Counted from the first letter of the stretch, positions 11,897-23,725 are shown. The stretch: 64,000 bases of DNA from Ascoidea asiatica JCM 7603 (GCA_001600695.1 BCKQ01000003.1:1639547-1703546); one strand, 5' to 3'. Translations and numbers: made by a program. Notes: generated from the letters alone by a model not told the origin.

Positions 11897-13705
11897 ATGT
11901 CCTTTTCAACAATGTCGAACTCTTCCTGTATTATTACTGATTTAATGATTGATAATGCTCCAGAAATTGAAGATTCCTTTGAAACTGAAAATGGAATAGC
12001 TATTGATATGCTTGAAAATGATTTAAAAAATCATACTCCTGAAGAAATTAATAACTTAAATAATGAATTATTATTTCAATCTGAATTTTCAAAAGATTTT
12101 TTTTTGAATTATATGATTATGTCTATTAAATATCCTGGTTCAACTTCAAATAATATTTCTGAATCAATTTTAATATTTTTATTATCTTTAAATGATAATG
12201 ATAAAAATGAATTAATTCCATAAGCAAATGAAATTATAAATAATGATGAAAAATTGTTAAAAATTGATGAAGATATGCTTCTTCTTACAAATGAAAATTC
12301 TAATAATACCATTAATGATGATGATGATGATGATGATTATGATTATGATGAATCTCAATTTCAATTTAAAGATTCTAATTATTATGATTATAAAAATTTC
12401 AAAAAAATTATAGAAATTTTAGAAAATAATGAAATTATATTTGAAAATATGTTAGTAATTAATCCTATTGATCCAATTGATAGAACTTTAGATCTTAAAA
12501 ATATTAATATATTAATATTAATATTAATTCAATTAAAAAAAAATAGAATAAAATTAAATCATTCTCAATCTTTATCTTTTTCAAATAAATTCAATGAAAA
12601 ATATTTAAAAAAAGATTTTACTTGTAATAATAATAATAATGATAATAAGAATAAGAATATCAATAAATTCATTAAAAAAAAAATATTACCTAAACATTTA
12701 TTTAGAGTAATTCAAAGGCATATTAAAGGATTTGATCAATCATTGAATAAAAAAATTGATTTTTTTATTTCCGATTATGAAAGAAAATTCATTGATAAAG
12801 ATATTTTGTCAACTAAAGATTGTTTATTACTTGGTTTAAACTTCATAAGGCAGAAAAGAAATTGCCAATTAAAGCTTGTTGGAATTTCTGGATTAAGTTT
12901 TGTACCAAAAGGTAAAAATAATTTATTTTGTCAAAATACTCCAAATATTTTAACTAAATTTGAATTAAAAATTATTCAAATGTTAACTGATCCAAATTAT
13001 AAAAGAATTGTTAAAACTGATTTAAATAATCTAGTTAATATTGATTCACCAGGTCCAATAATTTCTTCAATTTATGAAAATTTAATAAAAAAAGAAACAG
13101 ATAATCAAGAAGACTTAATGTTAAAAAAATATAAGACAATCAGTCAATTGAAAGAAAATTTAAATCAAGCTTGCTTTTTTTTAGCTGAATATTGTGATTT
13201 ATATGGAAATGGTTACTTTGAAAATTTAGTTCTTCATTTCAAAAGAAATCAAGATATTGTTTCAAAAATTAAACCAAGAAGTAAAAAAGTTCCATTCAAA
13301 GATGGTGGAAGAGGTTCAACAACTCTTTATAATAGATTAATAACATTATTAAGGAAAATTGATGATAAACTTTTTTCTTTGGAGAATAGTGAAAGTGTTA
13401 AGGAAAATGAAAATGAAAATGAAATCAAAGATATAAAGAAAACCGGTCATTTGATTGGACAAAACAGAAAATTTTTAGCTGTTGATATAATGAAGTATGG
13501 TTGGGGTTGCTCTTTTGACGATGATGCATTTGCAAATGGGGTTATCCCAGGATGGTCAAAATATTTGGTAAAAAATAAATTCAGTTCCCAATTCAAATGT
13601 TTAAGAGTTAATAATATATTGGAAGTAGAAAATTTCATTATACCTTATGAAGAAGAAATGATAGATACTAAAATTAATTTAGAAAATCTTAACCTTTCTG
13701 CATAA
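11897..13705 (+). pseudogene. Orphan ~602-codon reading frame interrupted by one in-frame TAA (12221-12223)
   Basis: Track ORFs 11897-12223 and 12254-13705 are in the same frame, and 12224-12253 is open (ANEIINNDEK). The product was not recognised. Confidence 0.6.
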
Positions 13706-13935
13706 AGAATTAATGAGATTATAATCAATGAAAGTAGTAAGTAAGAAAACAAGATTTTATTTAGATTCATACTACTCACTACCTTTTCTACGATTCAATT
13801 GAAATTCCTGTCATAAAAGCATTCTCTAACCATGGGATTGTTGTCTTTTTTCTGGGATGTTTTTTCTTTTTAAAAAATAAAACTATTTACAAATCTAAAA
13901 GTACATATATAAATATGATATAATTAATATTTCAT

Positions 13936-15498
13936 TTAATAATCTTTTTTGGAAGTGTCTATTCTTCTAGTAAACTCTATTACTCCAGCACCGATTAAAG
14001 TATGATTTTCATATAAAACTATGTTTTGACCTGGAGAGATTGCTTTAGCTGGATCATCTAAAGTTATTATAACTCTTGACAAATCATTTTCATTTGCCAA
14101 CTTAAAACTTTTAACATTTTTCGGACTTTGTAAAGCCATATATTGAAGTGTAATATTTTTATCTTTAAAATCATTACCAGATTTTTTTAATTTATTTAAA
14201 TTTTCTAATTTTGAAATTAATATATTTTGATTTAAAGAATTTAAATCATCAGTAATCCAAGACCAATCTCTAATTGTAATTGAATTAGAAAATAATTTTG
14301 GATTATTAGTATCTTTAACAATAACGATTTCATTTGTATCATATCTTTTTTCAGATACATACCAAATACCTTTATATTCTGGATTACCTTGAGGTAAACA
14401 AATTTTTGATCTTTGACCTATAGTTGCATACCATAAACCATTATGTTTACCCCAAATTTTACCATCTTCAGTGATTATATTTCCAGGTTTTGGCTCAATA
14501 TAATCATCTAAAAATTCATTAAATTTACCATTTTTAACATTTTTTGGATTAACAAAACATAAACCTTGACTATCAGGTTTTAAAGCAGTTGGTAAAGAAA
14601 AATTTTGAGCTAATTTTCTAACATTTTTTTTTTCATAATTACCTAATGGAAAAAGTAAATGTTTAAAAAAAGAAGGATTAACTTTTGATAAATAAAAACT
14701 TTGATCTTTTTTAAAATCAAGAGATCTTAAAAGTTCAATTTTATTAGTAAATTTATTTTTATAAACTCTTGTATAATGACCAGTTGCTAACCACCAATTT
14801 TGATTTGGTTCTAATTTTATAATTTTATTTATATAATTATTTTTAATATAATTAATTAATTTACCAAATTTTATATAAGTATTACAATTAACATCAGGAT
14901 TTGGAGTTAAACCATTTTTAAAATCATTAATCATTGGTTCAAATACATTAAACCAATAATCTTTTTCAAAATTTAATCTTGTTATTGGAATATTAAGAAA
15001 TTTTGCAGTTTTTTGAGCATCATTCCAATCTTTTTCTATACATTCTGCAGTTTGTGACCAATTTGCCATATAAATACCTTTAATATTTTTATAAAAAGGA
15101 TTTTTTGATAAAAGAGCAGCAGCAGTTGAAGAATCAACCCCTGAAGACATTGCAATTATTATCAAATCATCATATTTAGGTTTTAATTCTTCATATTTTA
15201 ATGGATCAAGAAAATTCAAAGTTCTTGATTGGTTTTTTATTAGTTTAGTTTGATTAATATTAGTTTCAGGAATTATAGTATATTTTTCATTTTCTTCTTT
15301 TATTATGGGTATTTTAATATTTTGATCTTTTTTTCCTATGTTAATTTTTTCAAATGTAAAAGTTTTTGAAGAAGTTGGATTTAAATCACAGTTATTGAAT
15401 ATTGAAATTGAATTAGAAAAACATCTTTTTGAATTTATTGGAATGAAAGCCTTTGATTTTAGTATAAACAAATTATTGGAAAATAATTTAACTGCCAT
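13936..15498 (-). CDS. SLM3: Mitochondrial tRNA-specific 2-thiouridylase (MnmA/Mtu1)
   Basis: PP-loop AMSSGVDS, TPNPDVNCN, ATGHY, KDQSFYL, DSQGLCF, TIGQR, AISPGQ, and a presequence-like N-terminus. Confidence 0.95.
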   Translation of the reverse strand: MAVKLFSNNLFILKSKAFIPINSKRCFSNSISIFNNCDLNPTSSKTFTFEKINIGKKDQNIKIPIIKEENEKYTIIPETNINQTKLIKNQSRTLNFLDPLKYEELKPKYDDLIIIAMSSGVDSSTAAALLSKNPFYKNIKGIYMANWSQTAECIEKDWNDAQKTAKFLNIPITRLNFEKDYWFNVFEPMINDFKNGLTPNPDVNCNTYIKFGKLINYIKNNYINKIIKLEPNQNWWLATGHYTRVYKNKFTNKIELLRSLDFKKDQSFYLSKVNPSFFKHLLFPLGNYEKKNVRKLAQNFSLPTALKPDSQGLCFVNPKNVKNGKFNEFLDDYIEPKPGNIITEDGKIWGKHNGLWYATIGQRSKICLPQGNPEYKGIWYVSEKRYDTNEIVIVKDTNNPKLFSNSITIRDWSWITDDLNSLNQNILISKLENLNKLKKSGNDFKDKNITLQYMALQSPKNVKSFKLANENDLSRVIITLDDPAKAISPGQNIVLYENHTLIGAGVIEFTRRIDTSKKDY

Positions 15499-15631
15499 TG
15501 CAAAAAGCCCACTTAAAGGATAATTTTTATCGAATCTGAATATAATATGGTGAATTCAAATCAGTGAAGATTTTAATGAAGTGAAAAGTGAAAATTGAAA
15601 ATCAAACGATAATATGAAAAATATATTAATA

Positions 15632-15641
15632 ATCACGTGAT
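15632..15641. promoter_or_regulatory. Cbf1-type palindromic E-box upstream of SLM3
   Basis: ATCACGTGAT about 135 bp upstream of the SLM3 start. Confidence 0.4.
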
Positions 15642-17639
15642 AATTCATATATATTAAGACATTTTTAAGCTACTGTTATTTAAATTTTTAAATTATATTA
15701 AGTAAATCACGTTAATCCTTGTTTAAAAATTACAACTATCTATTAAGTTTAGGAATCAGTTCTTTATTTTTTATTCTAAACCACAGACTTATTTTTATAT
15801 TCAAGATTGAATAATTGATTGTGTTATTAGTTTTTTTTTTCTTTTTTATTTTCAAAATAAAAAAATTATCAATATTTAATTGAACATAAATAATATGTAG
15901 TTCCACCGAGATATTGATATTTCTAAAAGGTGAGAATATCTCAACCCAAAGATTAAAACAAAAAAGATAATCAATGCACTGAAAAACCATTTAATTGTTT
16001 TAGCAGAGATTTTACCCATCAGGAGTAGCAAAGGCTCAACGGCTAATTAACATAAGCATTTTGGTTAAATTGATAATTGATTAATTAGAAAGATTAATTA
16101 ATTATTTTATTGAATGATAAATTCAAATGGCTAATTTAACTGATAAATTAATCAGTTAAAACCAAATTAAGCTTTTTCGGTGAATTTAAAGGGCCCCAAA
16201 AATATCGGCTTCATTAGGCAGTTAGCTGTGGGTGGGTTTCTAAGGTGATAAGTAACCAGCGGCAACAAGTAAGTCCGTTTTTCGTTTAATAAATAAAAGC
16301 TCATTCACTCAGGAAATTCCCATATATTCAGGGGTTAAATGAGTGTTAATCTGTCCCTAATTTAAAGCTTTATTGCCCCAACACGAGTTGCCGTCTCGGG
16401 ATCGTTCCTCTCGCAGATATTTCCCTTACGCGCGCTATTAAAGAGCTGGAATTGAGTGAGAACGGAAAAGCTTTTACTTTTTAGCTCGTATCTGTTAGTT
16501 CTTTTAGCTCCAGAGCGGCCCCGACGGCGGAAACGCTTGCACCCCAGGGGCTGTTCCGGATTGAGCCAGTGTTGTGGGTCCTTTCCCTGGGGTTTATGTT
16601 TGGCTTGGCTCGAATCTTACGGGCTCCTTGAGTTTCCAAATCTCTTCGGACGTCTCGTAATCAAGCTTTATTTATTTTCTGTTTCACGAGCATCCTTTTC
16701 TCTCCCCCCAAAAATATCTCGAAAATTCAGACTGATTGTAATTGAATATCGAATATCGAATATCGAATAACTAATGTCGAAAAATAAAAAATAGAAAGAA
16801 AGTATTGACTATTGCAATATCAAGAGTTTAATATCAAATATCCGTGCTTTAAGGCTTTTTTGTCTTTGATTTTGTGTTTGTGTTGTTGTTTTGACTGCCC
16901 CCAATTGTCTGTTCTGTTCTGAGGGATGGGGTTGGAGCACTAATGCTAGTTAAGACTTTGAGTGGTTTACAGTGCTTATGGAAATAGTAACGTTATTTAT
17001 TATTTATTATTTACTATTTATTATCAAATATCTCCTTTGGTGGTTGGTGATTCTCAAGCTCAGATTCGACTTTGTTGTGTGAGGGATTTTACCTTTAAAC
17101 ACTTCAACAGTGATGATAAAATACTTTTTACTTTGCTCTCTATCTCTTGAACTACAGTAGTAAAATAGTTGCTAGCATTATCTAGATCAGTAATAAACTC
17201 CATCTCCCATGATTTATGATCATGAATTGGAAATTTTATTAAAAAAGAACTCTTTCTGAGTTCTATCTGAATTCAAATTAGAATTAGAATTAGTGAACTC
17301 CACTGTTAATAAACTCCTTGATTGATTCTTATTTCAGTTATTATTTCAGTTATCACAGAAAATAGTTTAAGATCTAATAAAGAAAAAAATCATGGATAAC
17401 ATTAATGTTTTTTTTTTCTATTTATCAATAAATTATTGTTCAAGCCAGTCATTTAGCCATTCCATTTTCTTTTGAATAACAACAACTTTATTTAACTTTT
17501 ATTAAGATCTAAAATAAATCATTTAGTATAAAAATATTTACATTTATTCACTTTTATTTTCATTTAATATTTCAATTTCAAATTTATTTATTTATTAGAT
17601 TCAAAATATATATTTCAAATAAAATTTTATAACTAAAAG

Positions 17640-19583
17640 ATGAGTTATCAATTAAAAATTAATATAGAAAAAAATCCATCAAGAGATTTTTTTACAACTT
17701 ATGATTATATTAATGGTTTTATATCTTTAAATGTTAAAAAAGAAATAAATTTAAAATCAATTCAAGTTTTATTACAAGGTACTTCATATACAACTATTCT
17801 TGATAAAGTATCTTCTGTTCCAACTAGTGAAAATCATAATGTTTTATTATATACTTTAAATGTTTTCCCAAATTCAAATTCAAATTCAAATTCAAATACA
17901 AACTCTAACTCAACTGATAAAAATCATTTTACTTTATCTCCAGGTTTTTATAATTTACCTTTTCAATTTCAATTTCCTTTAAAAAATAATATAGTTTCAA
18001 ATAAAAAATCAATTAATGATACAAAAAAAATTGAATTAAAACATAAATCAAAATCAAAAAGAAAAAGTTGGTTACCAAATTTATCTTCATCAGTTTCAAA
18101 TATTTCAAATTTAATTAATTTAAATTCAAATATAAAACATTTAAATGAAAAACAAATTTTACCACCTTCAATAGAAATTCAATTTGAAGGTAATTCAATT
18201 GGTAATATAACTTATTCAATAAAAGCAATTGTAAATAAAATTGGAATCTTTTCTTCAATTAAACAAGATGAATATATTAAATTTATTGAATTTTTTCCAA
18301 CAATGAATAGTCTTTCTGATAATATTCATAAACATATTATTACAAATAATACAAATTTTGATGACTATAATAAATTCAATCATCCCAATGATATCCCAAA
18401 TGATATCCCTAATAATATCCCTAATAATATCCCTAATAATATCCCTAATGATATCTCTGATAAAAATGATAATCATAGTTCAAACTCAAGTACAAGTACA
18501 AACTCTGATTTGAATTCAAATACACAATCAAACTCAAACTCAAACTCAAATTCAACTCTGAATTTAAGTTTAAGTACAAATGGAAATAATAATAATATGA
18601 TAGAAGATGATTATGAATTTAAACAATATTATATAAAAAGTGATTTAACAAATCCTTCAAAAGATGAAAATATTTATAATTCATTAAATTTAGGTGTTGA
18701 AATTAGATTTAAATATCCAAAATTTGGTTATAATTTAATATCAAATTATAAATTACCTTTTGATTTATTTATAATATCAAATAAAGAATTTGAAAATCTG
18801 AATTTATATTTAAAATCTTTAAAAATTTCTTTAATTTCAAGAACAAAAGTTAGATCATATCCAAATTTAATAAATTTAGCAAGATTTATTGATATTATTG
18901 ATAAAAATTTTGATAATATAAAATTAAATTTTAAAAGAAAAAATAATTCTTCTGGTGGTAATTTATATGAATTTAAAATTCCTTCAAAAGTTTTAAAAAA
19001 TTTAATTATACCAAGTGAATTAATTTCAAGTTTTAAAACTTGTAATTTAAAAAAATTTTATCAAATTAAAATTAATATTGAAATTTTAGATATTGATATT
19101 AATAATATTAATAAAAAATTAGAAAAAATAAGTTATAATAAATTTAAATTAATTTCAGAAATTGGAATGATTTCAACAAATATATATTCAAATGAAATTA
19201 GAAATAATATCAAAAGTATTTCGAATGATTTAAATAAATTAATAAATCTTTATGAATCTGTTAATTCAAATTTAAAAATTAATTCTCAAAATGATAATAA
19301 ATTTGATATAAATAATTTAAAAATGAGAATAATTGAAGATAAAAAATTTGAAGAATCAAAATATGAAAAAAGTTATTATGATTTAAGAAATAATATTATT
19401 AATAATCATAATAATTTAAATTATCTTGAAGATGAAGATTTAGAAGTTGAAAATTATTATCCTGATGATATGGAAAGTGTGAATAGTGAAGATTATAATA
19501 ATGAATTAGAATTACAAAACAAATTGGAAAATATTGAAACTTTACCTAGATACGTTACAAATGAAGATCAACCATTATATTAA
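17640..19583 (+). CDS. Alpha-arrestin family adaptor (Art10-like) with C-terminal PY motif
   Basis: Arrestin_N pattern YDYINGFISL...KSIQVLLQGTSYT, LSPGFYNLPFQFQFP, ILPPSI, ITYSIKAIVNK, SSFKTCNLKKFYQIKI. Terminal LPRY is an Rsp5-binding type motif. Confidence 0.7.
   Translation: MSYQLKINIEKNPSRDFFTTYDYINGFISLNVKKEINLKSIQVLLQGTSYTTILDKVSSVPTSENHNVLLYTLNVFPNSNSNSNSNTNSNSTDKNHFTLSPGFYNLPFQFQFPLKNNIVSNKKSINDTKKIELKHKSKSKRKSWLPNLSSSVSNISNLINLNSNIKHLNEKQILPPSIEIQFEGNSIGNITYSIKAIVNKIGIFSSIKQDEYIKFIEFFPTMNSLSDNIHKHIITNNTNFDDYNKFNHPNDIPNDIPNNIPNNIPNNIPNDISDKNDNHSSNSSTSTNSDLNSNTQSNSNSNSNSTLNLSLSTNGNNNNMIEDDYEFKQYYIKSDLTNPSKDENIYNSLNLGVEIRFKYPKFGYNLISNYKLPFDLFIISNKEFENLNLYLKSLKISLISRTKVRSYPNLINLARFIDIIDKNFDNIKLNFKRKNNSSGGNLYEFKIPSKVLKNLIIPSELISSFKTCNLKKFYQIKINIEILDIDINNINKKLEKISYNKFKLISEIGMISTNIYSNEIRNNIKSISNDLNKLINLYESVNSNLKINSQNDNKFDINNLKMRIIEDKKFEESKYEKSYYDLRNNIINNHNNLNYLEDEDLEVENYYPDDMESVNSEDYNNELELQNKLENIETLPRYVTNEDQPLY
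18384..18455 (+). repeat. 12-bp coding tandem repeat, six units of PN(D/N)I
   Basis: CCHAATRATATC x6, in frame within the arrestin gene. Confidence 0.9.
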
Positions 19584-20149
19584 TTTTCTTTCTCCTGAAA
19601 CTATTCTTTTCTAACTGCTGTTCAATTGTACTTTATTCAATATCTTTTTTTCTTCTTTTCTTTACCACATTTTCTCTCACTATATCTAATTTGTTAATTC
19701 CTTTCTTCTAAGGAAGTTCTTATGTATTATATAAATGAATAAAAGCTCTTTAATAACAGCAGTACTTTATTTTATTCCTTCCTAATTTGGAAGTGCATAT
19801 ACGATTCATTCAAAAAGAAGCGCCGTTATCATGGTCTCTACCAGTGTTGCGGGCCAATCAACCACGAGGTCTTTTTTTCGCCACGCCCAGAAACAAACAG
19901 AAAACAGAAAACAGAAAACAACTTCAATTATTAATGAAGTGAGAGATAAAACAAGAAACTAGAAATAAAGGTGTATTTGACTTTGATTATTATCAATTAT
20001 CATATCATTCTTGTTTCTGATTCTTCAAAGTTCTCAAGCAATTTGGATTTCAAAATATGGAAAAGAAAGTGGAGTAGGTTCTCACTATCAGCTGGTTTCA
20101 TTTGCTATATATATATAAACAAAATAATCAATCAATCAATCAATCAATC

Positions 20150-22351
20150 ATGTGGCTATCTTATAATTCCATAATCCTTCATATTACTTTCATATTATTT
20201 ATATCTAAAGTATATTCATTTCCTGCTTCAATAGGTAATTCAAATACAAAATCTCGTAAGAATAATGATGATTTTGAATTACCTGGTTCTTTAACTTTGA
20301 AGAACTTTAATTCAATAACTAGAGAAGGTTTACATTTCATAGAATTTTATTCTCCATATTGTAGTCATTGTAAAGATTTAGCTCCAATATGGAAAAAAAC
20401 TTATAAAACTTTTTATTCAGATCCTGAATTTGATAGTTTAAATATTTTCATGCATCAAGTTAATTGTGTTGAAAATGGTGATTTATGTACTCAAGAAGTT
20501 ATAAAATCTTATCCAAGTTTAAGATTATATGGTGGTAATGAATTTATAAAAAATTATCCAAAAGAATTTAATAGAAAACAACAAGATTTTTTAACTTTCT
20601 TAAGAGATAGTTCTTTTGAATATAATAATTTACAAGATTTAAAATTACCAAGTAAATCTAAATTATTATCTTCTGATGAACTTATACAAATAATTTATGG
20701 TAAAAAATCTGATAAAAATCCAATTTTAATATCTTTTTGGCCTTCAAATGATAATCAATTTAAAGAAAATAATTTTAATTTAAAATTATGTCCAAATTGT
20801 AAAGAATTCAAAGGACTTTGGAATATGTTATCAAATCATTTAGATAAAACTATTCAAACTGGTCATTTTAATTGTTATTTAAATCCAAGAATTTGTAAAC
20901 AATTAAATTTAGATAATTTATCATTAAAATCAAATTTAGAAAATATTCAACCAGAAATTTTAATGATTTTACCAAAGGAAAATTCAAAAAATAATATAAT
21001 TAAATATAATAATAATAATGAAAAAAATAAAAAAAAAATTGTTGAATGGACAAAAAGATTAATTCAAAATGAAAAATTTGAATTAATTAATCCAACTCAA
21101 TTATCAAAAAAAATGGATTTAGTTACAAAATTAAAAAAAAATCCAAAATCAAATTCATTATTAGATTTACCTTTTGATAAAAATAACAAAAATAAAATTT
21201 CATTTATTTATTATTATAATAATGATTATAATTTAGATAATCAAGATTATGAAATTTTAGATTCAATTATGGAAATTATTATGGATTTACCAAATACTTA
21301 TCTTTATAGATCAAATAATAGTGATTTTTTAAAATTACAAGAAGAACATGAAAAAAATTTATTAGATTTTATTCATTATAATGAAAGTGAAAAAATTAAA
21401 GAGTTTAATAATGAAAGATTTAATAGTGAAAGTATAACTGGATTTCCAACTTTATTATGTTTTAAAGATAATTCATTAATTAGTTCAAAATTAATTAATT
21501 TTAATAAACCAGATCTTTTAAATGATAAAATTTTAAAACCATTTATTTATAAAAATTCATTTGGATTAATTAATGAATTTAATAAAAATTTTTATAAAAA
21601 AATTCAAAATTTTAAAAATTTACCAAATTCAAATGGTGGAAAGGAATTAGATAAATTAGTTATATTATTTATTGATAGTAAAAAACAAAAAGAAGAAAAA
21701 ATTACTTATTCAATGTTAAAATATTCAATGGCAGCTCATGATTTTGATTATAATAAAAAAGAGAAAATTTTTGAAAATTCAAATAAAAATAAAAAAAATC
21801 ATAATAAATTAAAAGATAATAAGAAATATGGAGATGCAATTTTTTCATTTGTTGATTTATCAAATTTAGATAGTTATGAACTTATAGAAAATTTAGGATA
21901 TGATAAAGATTTAAAATCAGGAGAAAAATATAAAGAAGATGATGTAATAATTGTTGAAATTAATAGAAAAAATAAAAATAAATATTATTATAAAAATAAT
22001 TTTTTAAATGAGATTTTAATTAATGAACCATATAAATTAAGAAAAACTTTAATGGAAATTACATTTAATGAAAGCGATAATAATAAAATAAATAAAATTT
22101 TAATTAATAGTCCATTTTCAGGAAAATTATTATTTATGAATATAATTCATGAATATGGATTTAAAGGATATATTATAATGATTTTAATTTTATTTATTTT
22201 GATTAAAGGATTTAAAATATTTAAAAATTATTTAAGACATTATAAATATAAAAAATTAAATGGTAATAATAAAGGAAATAATGGTGGTAGTTTATTACCA
22301 ATAAGTTTAAATTTACAAAATGAAAGTAATGGAAATCGTAAACTTACATAA
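20150..22351 (+). CDS. EPS1: ER membrane PDI-family thioredoxin protein Eps1
   Basis: The ATG at 20150 gives a signal peptide (MWLSYNSIILHITFILFISKVYS). Motifs EFYSPYCSHCKDLAPIW, QVNCVENGDLC and a second CPNC, plus a C-terminal TM and a basic RKLT end. The track's TTG start at 20102 is probably upstream of the true start. Confidence 0.85.
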   Translation: MWLSYNSIILHITFILFISKVYSFPASIGNSNTKSRKNNDDFELPGSLTLKNFNSITREGLHFIEFYSPYCSHCKDLAPIWKKTYKTFYSDPEFDSLNIFMHQVNCVENGDLCTQEVIKSYPSLRLYGGNEFIKNYPKEFNRKQQDFLTFLRDSSFEYNNLQDLKLPSKSKLLSSDELIQIIYGKKSDKNPILISFWPSNDNQFKENNFNLKLCPNCKEFKGLWNMLSNHLDKTIQTGHFNCYLNPRICKQLNLDNLSLKSNLENIQPEILMILPKENSKNNIIKYNNNNEKNKKKIVEWTKRLIQNEKFELINPTQLSKKMDLVTKLKKNPKSNSLLDLPFDKNNKNKISFIYYYNNDYNLDNQDYEILDSIMEIIMDLPNTYLYRSNNSDFLKLQEEHEKNLLDFIHYNESEKIKEFNNERFNSESITGFPTLLCFKDNSLISSKLINFNKPDLLNDKILKPFIYKNSFGLINEFNKNFYKKIQNFKNLPNSNGGKELDKLVILFIDSKKQKEEKITYSMLKYSMAAHDFDYNKKEKIFENSNKNKKNHNKLKDNKKYGDAIFSFVDLSNLDSYELIENLGYDKDLKSGEKYKEDDVIIVEINRKNKNKYYYKNNFLNEILINEPYKLRKTLMEITFNESDNNKINKILINSPFSGKLLFMNIIHEYGFKGYIIMILILFILIKGFKIFKNYLRHYKYKKLNGNNKGNNGGSLLPISLNLQNESNGNRKLT

Positions 22352-22530
22352 TAAATAATATAATAATAATAAAATAAATGATGAAAGATAAATGTACATT
22401 AAATGATTAAGATATGTAGAATTAGAAGTAGAAGTTGAAGTAGACAATGAAGAAAATTTTAGTTAAAAAATGAAGTGAAAAGAAGTGAAAGTTAAGTTAA
22501 GTTAAGTTAAGTTAAGTTTAATTATTTTTA

Positions 22531-23148
22531 TTAAAATATCCAAGAATAAAAAAAGAATAAGAATACAAAAGTGAAGAAAAATAACCAAATTTTCCAAGAT
22601 ATACCAGCTTTTTTACTCATTATTAACATATTATTAAAAGTTGATTTTAATCTCAGACTTGTTGAATTAAAAGTATTTTCTAAATCAGATAAATTTGTTG
22701 ATTTAATTTCATCACCCATTTTTAAAGTTAATTTTTTTAAAGCTTTAACTTTTTCAGTCATCATGTTAACATTATTATCATTTTGAGATTCTAAATTTGA
22801 AAAAATTGTATCATTATATGGATTTATTGAATTTTTACTAAATGTTGATTTTGAAAGTTTTGATATAAAAAAATTATTATTATTATTATTATTATTATTA
22901 TTTGAAGAACTATTTAAATCATCATAGGGTGAAGAAATTCTTGAATTTGATTGATATAAATCATTATTACTACCATATATAGAAGTTGAATTATTATTAT
23001 TATAAATTGAGGAATGATTATTATTTAAATTAGTACTATTATTACTATATATTGAAGATGGAGTTGTTATTCTTGAAGGAGGTAAATCTCCAAATAAAGC
23101 AGTTCTATCTCTTTGATAAGCTTGAGTTGAATATCTTCCTGAGCTCAT
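22531..23148 (-). CDS. BET1: ER-Golgi Qc-SNARE Bet1
   Basis: AYQRDRTALFG N-terminus, SNARE motif LESQND...KVKALKKLTLKMGDEI, and a C-terminal TM anchor after AGISWKIW. Confidence 0.92.
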   Translation of the reverse strand: MSSGRYSTQAYQRDRTALFGDLPPSRITTPSSIYSNNSTNLNNNHSSIYNNNNSTSIYGSNNDLYQSNSRISSPYDDLNSSSNNNNNNNNNNFFISKLSKSTFSKNSINPYNDTIFSNLESQNDNNVNMMTEKVKALKKLTLKMGDEIKSTNLSDLENTFNSTSLRLKSTFNNMLIMSKKAGISWKIWLFFFTFVFLFFFYSWIF

Positions 23149-23557
23149 ATTTGAATAATTTTATATTTGTGTATTTATTGTATTTATTGAATATGTATTT
23201 GATTTTATATCTGTACTTTTGAATAAAGTTAAAAGGTCTATAGAACTAGAATATATTTAATGAGAACTGATAAAAGAAATTAGATAAGATCTGTGCAAAT
23301 AAATAGAGTAAATGAATTAATTAAGAAAGAAGATATGATATGATATGATATGAAATAAAATAAAAACAAATAAAGTAAGATAGAATAAATAATTAAATAC
23401 AATAAACAAATAAACATAAGTAAATCTGTGGTTTCAATTTATTCGTTTTCTGCTCCCGAGAATAAGCTGCTACTGTCACTGTTACTGTTACGTAGTCGTC
23501 GTGTAAAAACGCTGTTAATGTTGGGCGGCAGTCGCGTGACCAGAAAAAAAAAGAATC

Positions 23558-23725
23558 AGAGACCAGAAAAGTGGGTCTTATTAAATGAGACCAAAACATT
23601 GGGTCTTTTATAGTGAAACCATAAACACGGTTCCTTTAAACTGAGACCGGTTTAGTGTGTCTTTTATATTGAGACCAGAATAACGGTTTTCCTGTTTTGA
23701 GACCAGAACATTGGGATATTTACTT
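23558..23725. repeat. Six-unit degenerate tandem array, exact 28-bp period, most units carrying an AGACC-N8/9-GGTCT-like inverted repeat
   Basis: Units start at 23558, 23586, 23614, 23642, 23670 and 23698, each beginning WGARACC. Confidence 0.85.

Noticed and set aside
12100-12260. Intron removing the internal TAA of the orphan gene
   Set aside because: No GTATGT/GTAAGT donor or TACTAAC-like branch point flanks the stop.
15632-15760. Point centromere (CDEI-like ATCACGTG followed by AT-rich DNA)
   Set aside because: No CDEIII-like CCGAA element at the expected distance, and AT-richness is the window background. A Cbf1 promoter site is the simpler reading.
23558-23725. CRISPR-like interpretation of the 28-bp array
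   Set aside because: Eukaryotic context, no cas genes, units are contiguous and the variable parts are only 8-9 bp.
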